A program made the translations under genes and the position numbers. The notes beneath the pieces are model-generated. The model made no database searches and had not been told where the DNA came from. It saw only the letters and a program-made list of their open reading frames with translations. Below are positions 38,112-47,481 of a DNA stretch of 64,000 bases, one piece after another. This stretch comes from a virus (lineage: Duplodnaviria > Caudoviricetes): positions 4,039 to 68,038 of IMG/VR virus record IMGVR_UViG_3300044988_001028; one strand, 5' to 3'. Each line of letters begins with the position of its first letter. Positions within the stretch are counted from its first letter, which is position 1.

Positions 38112-38744
38112 ATGAAAATTATTGGTTTTGCATCGCAATTAGCTATGGGAAAAGATACTGCAGCCGATTATTTGGCTATCGAACTTAACCGTGTTCAAAC
38201 TACAGGAACATGGGAAAGAGGAGCATTTGCAAACGCTGTAAAAGACACATTTTGCAGGGCGTTCAATGTCGATAGAGATTTTCTAGAAAAATGGAAAAGA
38301 ATTGATGATGCACCTCCCGGAATGAAAATGAATATCCGCAAGGCGTTACAATTCGTTGGTGATGGATTTCGTCAAATTGTAAGCGATATATGGATTGATA
38401 TAGCCTTAAGAGATAATGGCAAGCAACTTATTGTTTCTGATTGTCGATATATCAATGAGGCAAAAAACATTCGTGGTCGAGAAGGTATCAATGTTATCAT
38501 GTATCGTCCTAATTATTTCAATAATGATACCAATCCTTCAGAATCTCAAATAAAACCAATCATTGAATGGTGTTTAAAAACTCAAAAAGAAGGCGAAATC
38601 ATGCATAATGATCCAAATGCACCAGAGGGAAGCGAACTTTATGATTATTTTCTTATAAATGACAAAGAAATAGTCGATCTTCATTACAAAATTAGAGACC
38701 AATTAATTCCTTTTATTGAGAGGGCGTACAATGTCAGTAACTAA
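38112..38744 (+). CDS. Deoxynucleoside monophosphate kinase (gp1-like)
   Basis: KIIGF...GKDTAA, FA..VK, RKALQFVG, VSDCRYINE, SE. Confidence 0.85.
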   Translation: MKIIGFASQLAMGKDTAADYLAIELNRVQTTGTWERGAFANAVKDTFCRAFNVDRDFLEKWKRIDDAPPGMKMNIRKALQFVGDGFRQIVSDIWIDIALRDNGKQLIVSDCRYINEAKNIRGREGINVIMYRPNYFNNDTNPSESQIKPIIEWCLKTQKEGEIMHNDPNAPEGSELYDYFLINDKEIVDLHYKIRDQLIPFIERAYNVSN

Positions 38745-39099
38745 TTATACATTACATCCAAATATTATTGTTCCAAAGGGTTGGGGACATGAACAATGGA
38801 TATGTAATAACGAAAAATATTGTGGTAAGATTCTTTTTTTTAATCCAAAAAAGAAATGTTCTATCCATTATCATGCTATAAAGGATGAGGTTTTATTTAT
38901 TTTAGAAAATGATATAGAGATGTTATATGGATGGGGTGGAGAAGAATTAAAATCAATTATTTTAAAAGCAGGAATGTCTTTTCATATTCCTACTGGATTA
39001 AGACATCAAATGATAGCTGGAGAAAATGGAGCTAAAATTATAGAATTTTCTACGCATCATGAGGATAGTGATTCGATTAGATTGGAAAAAGGAGATTAG
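38731..39099 (+). CDS. Cupin (sugar isomerase-like)
   Basis: VPKGWGHE, SIHYHAIKDE, HIPTGLRH, EFSTHH. Confidence 0.8.
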   Translation: MSVTNYTLHPNIIVPKGWGHEQWICNNEKYCGKILFFNPKKKCSIHYHAIKDEVLFILENDIEMLYGWGGEELKSIILKAGMSFHIPTGLRHQMIAGENGAKIIEFSTHHEDSDSIRLEKGD

Positions 39100-39102
39100 A
39101 TT

Positions 39103-39774
39103 TTAAGACTTTGTTATCTCATCAACTCTTCTTTTAAGTTTTCCTATACCAACTTCCGTCATAACTACAAACTGCCAACCTCTTGCTTGGCAGTGATGTT
39201 GACATGCAGCCCACTTAGCGTGATTTTTTGGCAATTGCGTTTGATTGGCTGGCTTTATTTCCCATATTTCTACATGTCCATCCATAAAGTAAATACTAAG
39301 ATCCGGATTGTATTCGTGCTTTTCTCCTTCAAAAATATAATCAACTTTGAATGGTTCAACATCGTATTTTATAACTTCTGGCAAATATTCTAATTGTTCA
39401 TATACTTCTACTTCGTAGCCACTTCGATAATGCATTTCTTTTCTATTTTTTCCTGACATGAAATAACCTTCACGAAATTTTGGCTTTTGCTGCTTTAATT
39501 TTCCACTTTTTTTATCAATATCTTTCCAGATTGTTGCTCGCATTTGTCCTATCTTTGGAATATCTTTTTCATGCGGATGCTTTGATTTAAAATGTAGCCT
39601 TAGATCTCTGACTGGACAACCACATCTTTGTAGTGGGCATACAACATAATCACGACCAAGTTCGTGAGTATCCTTTATGTGTTTGCTATACTCGTCATAT
39701 TCGTAATAGGCTCTGCCACATACGAAACATTGATATTTGCGAACATGATTATTTTTTTGAAATGGCAATGTCAT
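39103..39774 (-). CDS. C2H2 zinc fingers plus TnsA-like endonuclease (T4 gp4 head-completion-like)
   Basis: CFVC...H...H, CP..C...H...H; YRSGYE, VEPF.V.Y, YNPD, WEIKP..Q, KW.A, F.VMTE. Confidence 0.75.
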   Translation of the reverse strand: MTLPFQKNNHVRKYQCFVCGRAYYEYDEYSKHIKDTHELGRDYVVCPLQRCGCPVRDLRLHFKSKHPHEKDIPKIGQMRATIWKDIDKKSGKLKQQKPKFREGYFMSGKNRKEMHYRSGYEVEVYEQLEYLPEVIKYDVEPFKVDYIFEGEKHEYNPDLSIYFMDGHVEIWEIKPANQTQLPKNHAKWAACQHHCQARGWQFVVMTEVGIGKLKRRVDEITKS

Positions 39775-40121
39775 TTAATTTTTTTGTGCAGAATTTTTTC
39801 TGCTTCATCTCTGTCTAAAATTTTAATTTTTTTCATTTCTTTCATATTGAACATTGATTCTGATTTTTCGTCATTGATACTTTTAACGATATTTATTGCA
39901 AGGACTCTAATTTCGTCTCGAACTCTTTTATCTTCTTTTTTGTCATTCATTGTGGCAAATGTCAATCTGCCATCTTCGTTTGCTCCATAGATATTGTCAC
40001 CTTTTTGAAAAAAGAAAATTAATTCATTTTCATCAAAAAAATTTTGAATCTTATCTTCCTTAAGAAGATATGTATCCCAAGTTGCCATGGTGTTTTTAAA
40101 ATTTTCTATATCGTTCATCAT
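39771..40121 (-). CDS. Hypothetical protein
   Basis: ORF directly after a minus-strand TATAAATA (40123-40130). Confidence 0.55.
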   Translation of the reverse strand: MMNDIENFKNTMATWDTYLLKEDKIQNFFDENELIFFFQKGDNIYGANEDGRLTFATMNDKKEDKRVRDEIRVLAINIVKSINDEKSESMFNMKEMKKIKILDRDEAEKILHKKIK

Positions 40122-40231
40122 ATATTTATATATCCACGCCATCCTAAAACAAAATTATTATGGAACAGTACAATAGTTTATTTTAATTAATTGTTTTTCA
40201 TAAGTTAGCGGGTAATATTATATATAGAAAT

Positions 40232-40708
40232 ATGAGCTTCGCAGGATTCAAAAAATATATTGAAGAAATGGACCCTTCTCCTGAGAAAAAATCAGAAGAT
40301 GAAGGCAGTGAATCTACGCCAGTTGGAAATGATTATATTGATACACTCGAAGATGAGTTTGGAATTAAATGGAAAGATTTATCTTCACTTTTGACTTCAG
40401 AGCCTTGGGTTGCAACTCATTTTATGATGGGCAAGCCAAATTATGAAATGTCATACAAAGCATCTTCTTGGGAAATCGATCCAGAATCAATTTCTAAAAA
40501 TGGAGCATATATTCGTTTAAAGCCAGACAAGAGAACGAGAAGTTTTCTTAAAAATGGAAGCCTTAATAGGGCTACACCAGATAAAAATAAATATTATTTA
40601 AGTCGTGACGAACTTGTAAAATTTTTGACAACCGCATGGGTTCCTGCACCACCACCAGCAGATGCAGGTGGTATGCCTCCAGATGCAGGTATGGGAGGGA
40701 TAACATGA
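40232..40708 (+). CDS. Hypothetical protein with capsid-targeting-like N-terminus
   Basis: MSFAGFKKYIEE, 5 nt after TATATATA. Confidence 0.65.
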   Translation: MSFAGFKKYIEEMDPSPEKKSEDEGSESTPVGNDYIDTLEDEFGIKWKDLSSLLTSEPWVATHFMMGKPNYEMSYKASSWEIDPESISKNGAYIRLKPDKRTRSFLKNGSLNRATPDKNKYYLSRDELVKFLTTAWVPAPPPADAGGMPPDAGMGGIT

Positions 40709-40905
40709 TATCGTTCAAAGAATGGTTGAAACAAAATGAAGTCGCAACAGCAGCAGCACCAGCTGCGGGTGGCGGAATGACATCGACTGGTGATGTGGCT
40801 GTTTATGCAAGACCTATTGGCATTGGAACAGTGACTAGAAAATCACCAAGTTTGATAACTGTTGATGATCTTGAGAAAAAAAAAAGAAAAAAAGTAAAAT
40901 TTTAA
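40705..40905 (+). CDS. Small protein with capsid-targeting-like N-terminus
   Basis: MISFKEWLKQNE; ATGA overlap; GGAGG SD. Confidence 0.65.
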   Translation: MISFKEWLKQNEVATAAAPAAGGGMTSTGDVAVYARPIGIGTVTRKSPSLITVDDLEKKKRKKVKF

Positions 40906-41034
40906 AAATGTTTCCTAATCTGCCAGATGTTGTCATGGGAGACATAGGTTGGTTCTAATTGCTATTCTCATTTCCCTTTATTTTTTCTATAATATAACTC
41001 ATAGAATAAGATTTAACTATTTTGGAGTTATCTC

Positions 41035-41919
41035 ATGCATGATGTTTTGACAAATGTTTCAGAAAAAACAATTAAATGCTTGGACAAGGGTCATGTGACG
41101 ATTCTTGATGTTATGCCAAGACTTGTTCCAGATGACAGGAAGACCGCAGATTATGCAATAGTTCAAGCTGCTAGAGTTTCTTATGGAGATGGAACTAAGA
41201 CCATTAATGAAGATAGAGGATTGATTCGTTACCTGCTTCGTCAGAAGCACACAACCCCATTCGAAATGATTGAAATAAAATTCAATGTGAAAATGCCCAT
41301 ATTCATAGCCAGACAAATGGTAAGGCATAGAACCGCTAACATTAATGAATACAGTGGAAGATATTCAATGATGAAGGATGAATTTTATAAGCCAGAAATT
41401 GAAAATGTGAGGCAACAATCATCAGTAAATAAACAAGGAAGTGGCGAATCAATAAATGAAGTTGATGCTTCTAACTTCATTGAAAAAATAGATTTTATCT
41501 GCAATCAATCATATGAGGAATACGAAAAAGCAATTCAAAATGGTGTGGCTAGAGAACAAGCCAGAATGCTCCTACCAGTCAATTTGTATACAGAGTGGTA
41601 TTGGAAAGTGGATCTGCATAATCTTTTGCATTTTTTAGCCTTGCGTTGCGATGCTCATGCCCAATGGGAGATTAGAGTGTTTGCAAATGCTATGCTAGAA
41701 CTTATCAAACCTATTGTTCCTTGGGCTGTTGAAGCTTGGGAGGACTATCATGAGCATCGTGGAGCGATTAGATTGACCAAATTGGAAGTAGATGCAATGG
41801 TCTCATCCTTGGGAGGAATATCTGTGAATTCTTTAAAAACAGATAATAAAAGGGAACAGGAAGAGTGGAAAACTAAAGCTGCAATGCTTGGCTTGTCTGT
41901 TAAAAATATAGAAAAATAA
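41035..41919 (+). CDS. thyX: Flavin-dependent thymidylate synthase
   Basis: AARVSY, HTTPFE, RQMVRHRTANINEYSGRY, AQWEIR. Confidence 0.95.
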   Translation: MHDVLTNVSEKTIKCLDKGHVTILDVMPRLVPDDRKTADYAIVQAARVSYGDGTKTINEDRGLIRYLLRQKHTTPFEMIEIKFNVKMPIFIARQMVRHRTANINEYSGRYSMMKDEFYKPEIENVRQQSSVNKQGSGESINEVDASNFIEKIDFICNQSYEEYEKAIQNGVAREQARMLLPVNLYTEWYWKVDLHNLLHFLALRCDAHAQWEIRVFANAMLELIKPIVPWAVEAWEDYHEHRGAIRLTKLEVDAMVSSLGGISVNSLKTDNKREQEEWKTKAAMLGLSVKNIEK

Positions 41920-41965
41920 ATTGTGTAACTCAAATAATAGCAACATCTATTATTGGGCTGCACAT

Positions 41966-43354
41966 ATGAAGAATATTATAGAATCAATTAATTCTAGCAA
42001 TTTAAAAATTGGAATCGTTGGAGATTCTATGTTGGACGAATATTTCAATGTAAATGTTCGAAAAATATCTCCAGAATTTCCAATTCCAGTAATGCATTCA
42101 GAGGAATGCATGCCAAGTGCAATTCTTCCGGGCGGAGCCGCTAATGTTGCATATCAGCTTAAAAATATAAATAAAAATACATTTCTATGTTCTTTCTTAG
42201 ATGATTCTGCGAATGAAATTTTACAAAAAAATAAAATTGATACATCATTATCGGTGAGTATAAGTCCTTATTTGGTTCCAAGAAAAAAAAGATTTTATAG
42301 TTCGGATTTTCCGACATATCGTTGGGATGTCGAGAAAAATAATTATGGCATGAACAAAGATGAATTGCAGGAGGCTTCTGAAAATCTTTGCAAAAAAATC
42401 ATGTCAAAAGATTTTGATGTTTTGATATTTTCTGATTACGACAAAGGATTATTCGCCAATTCAATTGTTTCTTCTTTGGCAGAAAAACATCCATGCTCCA
42501 TAAGGATTGTTGATCCAAAAAAAGATATTACAAAGTGGAAAGGATGCACACTCATAAAACCAAATACACAAGAAGCTTGTGCGATTACCAATGAAAAAGA
42601 AAAGCCTAAGCAAATTGATTCAATAATAAAACAAACTAATTGTAAGTCTGTAATTATAACTTCGGAAGGAAGTGGGTTTTTTGGATTTAATGAAAATTAC
42701 TTTGAATATAAGAATCCAAAATCAGACAAACAAGCCAATAGTGTTATTGGTGCAGGAGACTGTTTTATTGCATTTTTGGGATTATGCTTGGGCAACAACA
42801 TACCACTTGAAGAAGCTGCTGAATTCGCATTTTCTATGGGTTTAATTTATGTCACAGAAAAACACAACAAGCCATTAGATATCGACACAATTAAAAAAAC
42901 AGTTATTGGAAGTTCTTCCAAAATTGTTGATTACAAAAGATTTAAAAAAAGAGATTTTAAGTTGGTCGTTACAAATGGATGTTTTGATATTTTACATGCA
43001 GGGCATATAGAGAGTTTAGAATTTGCTAAAAAGCAAGGTGATAAACTTCTTGTTGCTGTCAATAGTGATGAGTCGGTTGGGAAGTTAAAGCCGGGTCGCC
43101 CTGTGAATAAAATTCAACATCGAATGCAAATGCTCGCTGCGTTAGAGTGTGTTGATTATGTCGCTTGTTTTGAAGAAGACACACCAATTGAAATTATCAA
43201 ACATTTAAATCCAGAGGTTTTGGTAAAAGGTCATGATTATATTGACAAGGAAGTAGTTGGCAGAGATTATGCTGGAAAGGTTGTTTTTGCTCCATTTGTC
43301 GATGGATTGTCAACAACAAATATAATCGATTCAATTGTCAGAAAAATAATTTAA
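41966..43354 (+). CDS. hldE: Bifunctional heptose-7-phosphate kinase / ADP-heptose synthase
   Basis: VGDSMLDEY..ISPE.P.PV, GGAANVA, SDYDKG, GAGD; TNGCFDILHAGH, NSDESV, STTNII. Confidence 0.92.
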   Translation: MKNIIESINSSNLKIGIVGDSMLDEYFNVNVRKISPEFPIPVMHSEECMPSAILPGGAANVAYQLKNINKNTFLCSFLDDSANEILQKNKIDTSLSVSISPYLVPRKKRFYSSDFPTYRWDVEKNNYGMNKDELQEASENLCKKIMSKDFDVLIFSDYDKGLFANSIVSSLAEKHPCSIRIVDPKKDITKWKGCTLIKPNTQEACAITNEKEKPKQIDSIIKQTNCKSVIITSEGSGFFGFNENYFEYKNPKSDKQANSVIGAGDCFIAFLGLCLGNNIPLEEAAEFAFSMGLIYVTEKHNKPLDIDTIKKTVIGSSSKIVDYKRFKKRDFKLVVTNGCFDILHAGHIESLEFAKKQGDKLLVAVNSDESVGKLKPGRPVNKIQHRMQMLAALECVDYVACFEEDTPIEIIKHLNPEVLVKGHDYIDKEVVGRDYAGKVVFAPFVDGLSTTNIIDSIVRKII

Positions 43355-43554
43355 TCACACAAACATTTGTTTTTACATTTGTCATTTTCGTGAGGACAAT
43401 TGCATTTTTTTTCACACACACACATGCCACATGTTTTATGATCATGTTTAATTTGATTTTTGACACCAGAAAGTTGTGAATACATTACGAAAATACTTAG
43501 AAAAAAACCAAAAATCATACCAAACAAAACTCTAGTTAAACAACATTTTTTCAT
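43351..43554 (-). CDS. Small membrane protein with Cys-rich tail
   Basis: MKKCCL, a hydrophobic segment, then C-rich end; AAGGA SD. Confidence 0.5.
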   Translation of the reverse strand: MKKCCLTRVLFGMIFGFFLSIFVMYSQLSGVKNQIKHDHKTCGMCVCEKKCNCPHENDKCKNKCLCD

Positions 43555-43595
43555 TTTATTCCTTTCTTCTATATATATGTTTATAAGGAGTAAAT

Positions 43596-43886
43596 ATGAA
43601 TTCATTCAAAAATTGGTTGAAAATTACAGAAGAGGGCGATTTTGATGCACAACTTTCTGGAGCCATCCAAGGAAAATCAGCGATGCTTTCTGCAGACCCA
43701 AAGATTGGGAACAATCCAAGTGCAATTGCCGACAAGATCATAAAAGACACAGAAGTTAAAAATCTAATGTTAAAATCTAAAAATCCAGTAACACTTAATC
43801 CAGCAGCATTACAAAAAACAATTAAGACTCAATTGGATGCTGCTCAAAAAGATCAGGGTAAAGCTACAGCTGGAGTTCTAAAATAA
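43596..43886 (+). CDS. Small protein with capsid-targeting-like N-terminus
   Basis: MNSFKNWLKITEE; AAGGAG SD. Confidence 0.65.
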   Translation: MNSFKNWLKITEEGDFDAQLSGAIQGKSAMLSADPKIGNNPSAIADKIIKDTEVKNLMLKSKNPVTLNPAALQKTIKTQLDAAQKDQGKATAGVLK

Positions 43887-43889
43887 TAA

Positions 43890-44045
43890 ATGAAAACTTT
43901 TCAGCAGTTTTTAAATGAGAAGATGTATGGCTTCAATTCTAGAGGGTCAAATTCTCCCACACAATTAATGTCTAAAAGTGTAAAGCCAGCAAAGCCAATT
44001 TTTAGTCTCTTTTCTCCTTTACACTTGAATAAAAAGAAAAAATAA
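43890..44045 (+). CDS. 51-aa basic protein with capsid-targeting-like N-terminus (below the ORF-track cutoff)
   Basis: MKTFQQFLNEKMYGFNSRGS...LNKKKK*. Confidence 0.6.
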   Translation: MKTFQQFLNEKMYGFNSRGSNSPTQLMSKSVKPAKPIFSLFSPLHLNKKKK

Positions 44046-44057
44046 CTCCATTAGATC

Positions 44058-44675
44058 ATGATAAGTTACACAGGTGAAAATCTAAGCGTTTTGATTTGTT
44101 GTTCGCATCTTTTGCATCATGATTGGATGACATTTCTTAGTTGGTATTCTTTCCAGCAAAATCTTCCAGATGCAAAAATTTCAATATTGTGTAATCGAAA
44201 AGATATGAAATTCAATTTATTTAATTGGACTAAGCGTCTTGGCGTTACATTTGAAATAACAAAGAATGATAATCCAATCTCTTGCTTGAACTATGCTCTT
44301 AAAAAATCTTATGTTAAATATCCCGTGCTTGTCATATCACCAGACATAATTTGCTTGCAAGAATTAGATGATGAAGAAAGCATTATCAGTTCAAAGCAAA
44401 ATTATAAAAAAGAAAATTGTTATATTTTGTATAACGAAGTTGATGATATTGTAAAAAATGAAAATTTATTTGCTAATGTCAAAGAAAATAAATTTTCTAG
44501 ATTTGTTTCATATTCTTCTGGGTGGGGGAACTTTAATACAGATTCATGGATAAATAAACTTGGGAATCCATTGAGTGTCTATTCCAAACATGACAATGTG
44601 ATGCTTACTATTAATGAAAGACGATTTTCAAATATATGGAAAGATGCATGTAATGTTTTCCATAGTGTTTGTTGA
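44058..44675 (+). CDS. Hypothetical protein (possibly degenerate GT-A fold)
   Basis: 205 aa; SWYSFQQNLPDA and VISPDII. Confidence 0.5.
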   Translation: MISYTGENLSVLICCSHLLHHDWMTFLSWYSFQQNLPDAKISILCNRKDMKFNLFNWTKRLGVTFEITKNDNPISCLNYALKKSYVKYPVLVISPDIICLQELDDEESIISSKQNYKKENCYILYNEVDDIVKNENLFANVKENKFSRFVSYSSGWGNFNTDSWINKLGNPLSVYSKHDNVMLTINERRFSNIWKDACNVFHSVC

Positions 44676-44684
44676 GGAGAAAAA

Positions 44685-44960
44685 ATGAAGCGATTTGATT
44701 ATTATGATGACGAAGAGAATGAAGACGAATCAAACGAACCTCCAATTTCACCGCAAGAATATAAAGAATTGATTGCAGAAGATCAAGCTTTACAGCAAGA
44801 AGGTGTCGAACTTACATATTTGGCTTTGAATCAAAAGTTAATTGCTAAATCTATAAAAGTCTGTGAAAAATCTTTCTTTTGGAAGTTTTATAGTTTGCAA
44901 ACTCAATTAAGCATGATCTCGAAGGTATATTTTCAGTTGCGAGATCTACAAGAAATTTAG
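44685..44960 (+). CDS. Hypothetical acidic protein
   Basis: GAGGAG SD; 91 aa. Confidence 0.55.
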   Translation: MKRFDYYDDEENEDESNEPPISPQEYKELIAEDQALQQEGVELTYLALNQKLIAKSIKVCEKSFFWKFYSLQTQLSMISKVYFQLRDLQEI

Positions 44961-44971
44961 GAATATATATC

Positions 44972-45319
44972 ATGCCAACATATGCGTTCGAATGCAAGAA
45001 ATGTACAAAAGTATGGGAAGAAGTAGCGGAATACGATAAAACTGGAAAATATTCAAAAGTTTCCTGCCCTAAATGTAAATCAAAATCCAAAAACAAATTA
45101 TTGACTACTTGTCGTTTTAGTTTCACAAATCCAGTAGGAACAGATGTTTGGAATAGTGAATCAAAAGGGCATGATTATCGACATAATTTCAATGTTGATC
45201 GTCCCGGCGGTGTCCGAGACCAAAGAAAAAATGCAAAAGAAAATAGCCATATGGGATCAGAACCATATAGTCCAATAAATGATATTGATAGTGATTCTTC
45301 ATGGGGCGAAATAAAATAA
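44972..45319 (+). CDS. FmdB-family zinc-ribbon protein
   Basis: MPTYAFECKKC...CPKC.S. Confidence 0.75.
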   Translation: MPTYAFECKKCTKVWEEVAEYDKTGKYSKVSCPKCKSKSKNKLLTTCRFSFTNPVGTDVWNSESKGHDYRHNFNVDRPGGVRDQRKNAKENSHMGSEPYSPINDIDSDSSWGEIK

Positions 45320-45402
45320 TCATTTATATGTCTTTTTTAATTTTGTGAACTCACCTTATAATAATGCAGATCTAATTAACTAGATTTTTATTGGAGATTT
45401 AA

Positions 45403-47475
45403 ATGGACGAACTTAAAAGATTCATAGGCAGATTCAATCAAAGCAAATTTAAAATTCTTAACGGAGAAATGTCATTTTCCGAATACATTGATCTGTGCTA
45501 TCAGCAACCAAGACTTGTTCGTAATTCTTGGCAAATGATTTACGACATGATTATGGAAAAGGGTTGTCATGCCGTTGAAGAATACAGAAAGACATACAAA
45601 CATTATAATTTTTTTGATAATCAGGAATGTCCAATCATTGGTCTGACACCAACTAAGGATTCTTTGGTTAAGTTCATCAAAGGTGCAGCTGGATATTTTG
45701 GTACTGAAAAAAGAATTCTTCTTTTGCACGGACCTGTAGGTAGCTCTAAATCTACAATCTGTAGATTGTTCAAGCGAGAATTGGAAAATTATTCCACAAC
45801 CGATGCTGGTGCTTGGTATACTTTCAAATGGATAAATCTTCCGACTGGACAAGATGGAATTTATGTCAAAGAAGAAGACGAATGCCCAATGCATGAGCAG
45901 CCACTTAAGTTGCTTCCTCCAGAAATTCGTAAACCTATTATGGATGATTTGAATCGAGTTCTTTCTGAGTCTGTATCTGCAGAAGAGAGAAATGAACTAT
46001 ATGCATTGAAGTGCGAGGGAGAGCTTGATCCAAGATGCAAGTTCTTTATGAAAGAACTTTTGATTAGGTATGATGGAGATCTCGAAAAAGTTCTCGAAAA
46101 ACATATTCGAGTAATTCGAAAAACATATAGCGAAGCAGATCGTGTTGGTATCGCCACATTCCAACCGAAAGATGAAAAAAATCAAGACTCTACAGAACTT
46201 ACAGGTGATATTAATTTTAGTCGTATCAGCACCTTTGGTTCCGACTCTGACCCAAGAAGTTTTAATTTTGACGGAGAATTTTGTGTCGGAAACAGGGGAA
46301 TTATAGAGTTTATAGAAGCTTTGAAGTTAGATCAAGCATTTTTATATGATCTCTTGGGAGCAAGCCAAGAGCAAAGTATTAAGCCGAAGAAGTTTGCACA
46401 AGTCTCTATTGATGAGGCAATATTTTGTCATACCAATAGCCCTGAATACGAAAGGCTTAGAAGCAATCAATATATGGAAGCGTTGCGTGACAGGACTGTA
46501 AAGATCGATGTTCCTTATACTCTTCGATGGGGCGAAGAACTTAAAATCTTGGAAAAAGATTATGGTGTAGATAGGGTCAAACAACATATCGCACCACACA
46601 CACTTGAAGTTGCTGCTCTATGGGCAGTTTTAACCAGACTTCATGATGATAAGGATGGTAAAATTTCCTTAGTCGAAAAGGCAGAGCTTTATGACGGCAA
46701 ACTTCTTTCTGGATGGACAGAAGAGCAAGTCAAAGAATTAAAGGATAGGTATCCTGATGAGGGTATGACCCGTGGTGTTTCAGTTCGTTATGTTCAAGAT
46801 AAGCTTTCAAACTGCCTAGCCAATAATCATGACTATGTAAATATGTTCATGGTTCTAAATGAGCTTCGTGAAGGTTTAGAAGGAAGTTCTTTGTTGAACA
46901 ATAAGGATGATGTTGGTCGATACATCACATGTATTGATTTAGTAGTTAAGAAGTTGACTGAAATTTTAAAAGCCGAAGTTCAGAAGGCTCTTGTTGGTGA
47001 TGAAGATGCGATTATTCGCCTTTGTGCTAATTACATTGATAATATCATGGCGTATATCAACAAAAGTAAGATTAAAGATCCAATCACAGGGCAAGATAGA
47101 AAGCCTGATGAAAGATTGATGCGAGCCATTGAATCTAAGATCGACATACCAGAACCGGGTGCTGATGATTTCCGTAGGCAGATAGCTGCTTTTATTGGCG
47201 ACCTTGCAATCAAGCACAAGCAATTTAGTTGGGATTCTAATCCAAAATTGAGAAAAGCTTTAGAAGCAAAGCTTTTTGAAGATGTAAAAGATACCATTAA
47301 GTTGTCCGCACTCAATGTTAGCGGAGCAACTGTGGTTGATAAGGATATTCAAGAAAAAATAGATGCGATTAAAACTCGCCTTATCAAACAGTATGGTTAT
47401 AACGAAAGATCTGCAACTGATGTTCTAGATTTTGTTGGATCTATATTTGCAAGAGGCGATCTAGCCGAGGAATAA
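45403..47475 (+). CDS. prkA: PrkA/YeaG AAA+ ATPase ('serine kinase')
   Basis: LLLHGPVGSSKST, CPMHEQPL, FQPKDEKNQDSTELTG, DPRSFNFDGE, EALRDR, HIAPHTLE. Confidence 0.95.
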   Translation: MDELKRFIGRFNQSKFKILNGEMSFSEYIDLCYQQPRLVRNSWQMIYDMIMEKGCHAVEEYRKTYKHYNFFDNQECPIIGLTPTKDSLVKFIKGAAGYFGTEKRILLLHGPVGSSKSTICRLFKRELENYSTTDAGAWYTFKWINLPTGQDGIYVKEEDECPMHEQPLKLLPPEIRKPIMDDLNRVLSESVSAEERNELYALKCEGELDPRCKFFMKELLIRYDGDLEKVLEKHIRVIRKTYSEADRVGIATFQPKDEKNQDSTELTGDINFSRISTFGSDSDPRSFNFDGEFCVGNRGIIEFIEALKLDQAFLYDLLGASQEQSIKPKKFAQVSIDEAIFCHTNSPEYERLRSNQYMEALRDRTVKIDVPYTLRWGEELKILEKDYGVDRVKQHIAPHTLEVAALWAVLTRLHDDKDGKISLVEKAELYDGKLLSGWTEEQVKELKDRYPDEGMTRGVSVRYVQDKLSNCLANNHDYVNMFMVLNELREGLEGSSLLNNKDDVGRYITCIDLVVKKLTEILKAEVQKALVGDEDAIIRLCANYIDNIMAYINKSKIKDPITGQDRKPDERLMRAIESKIDIPEPGADDFRRQIAAFIGDLAIKHKQFSWDSNPKLRKALEAKLFEDVKDTIKLSALNVSGATVVDKDIQEKIDAIKTRLIKQYGYNERSATDVLDFVGSIFARGDLAEE

Positions 47476-47481
47476 TAGAAC

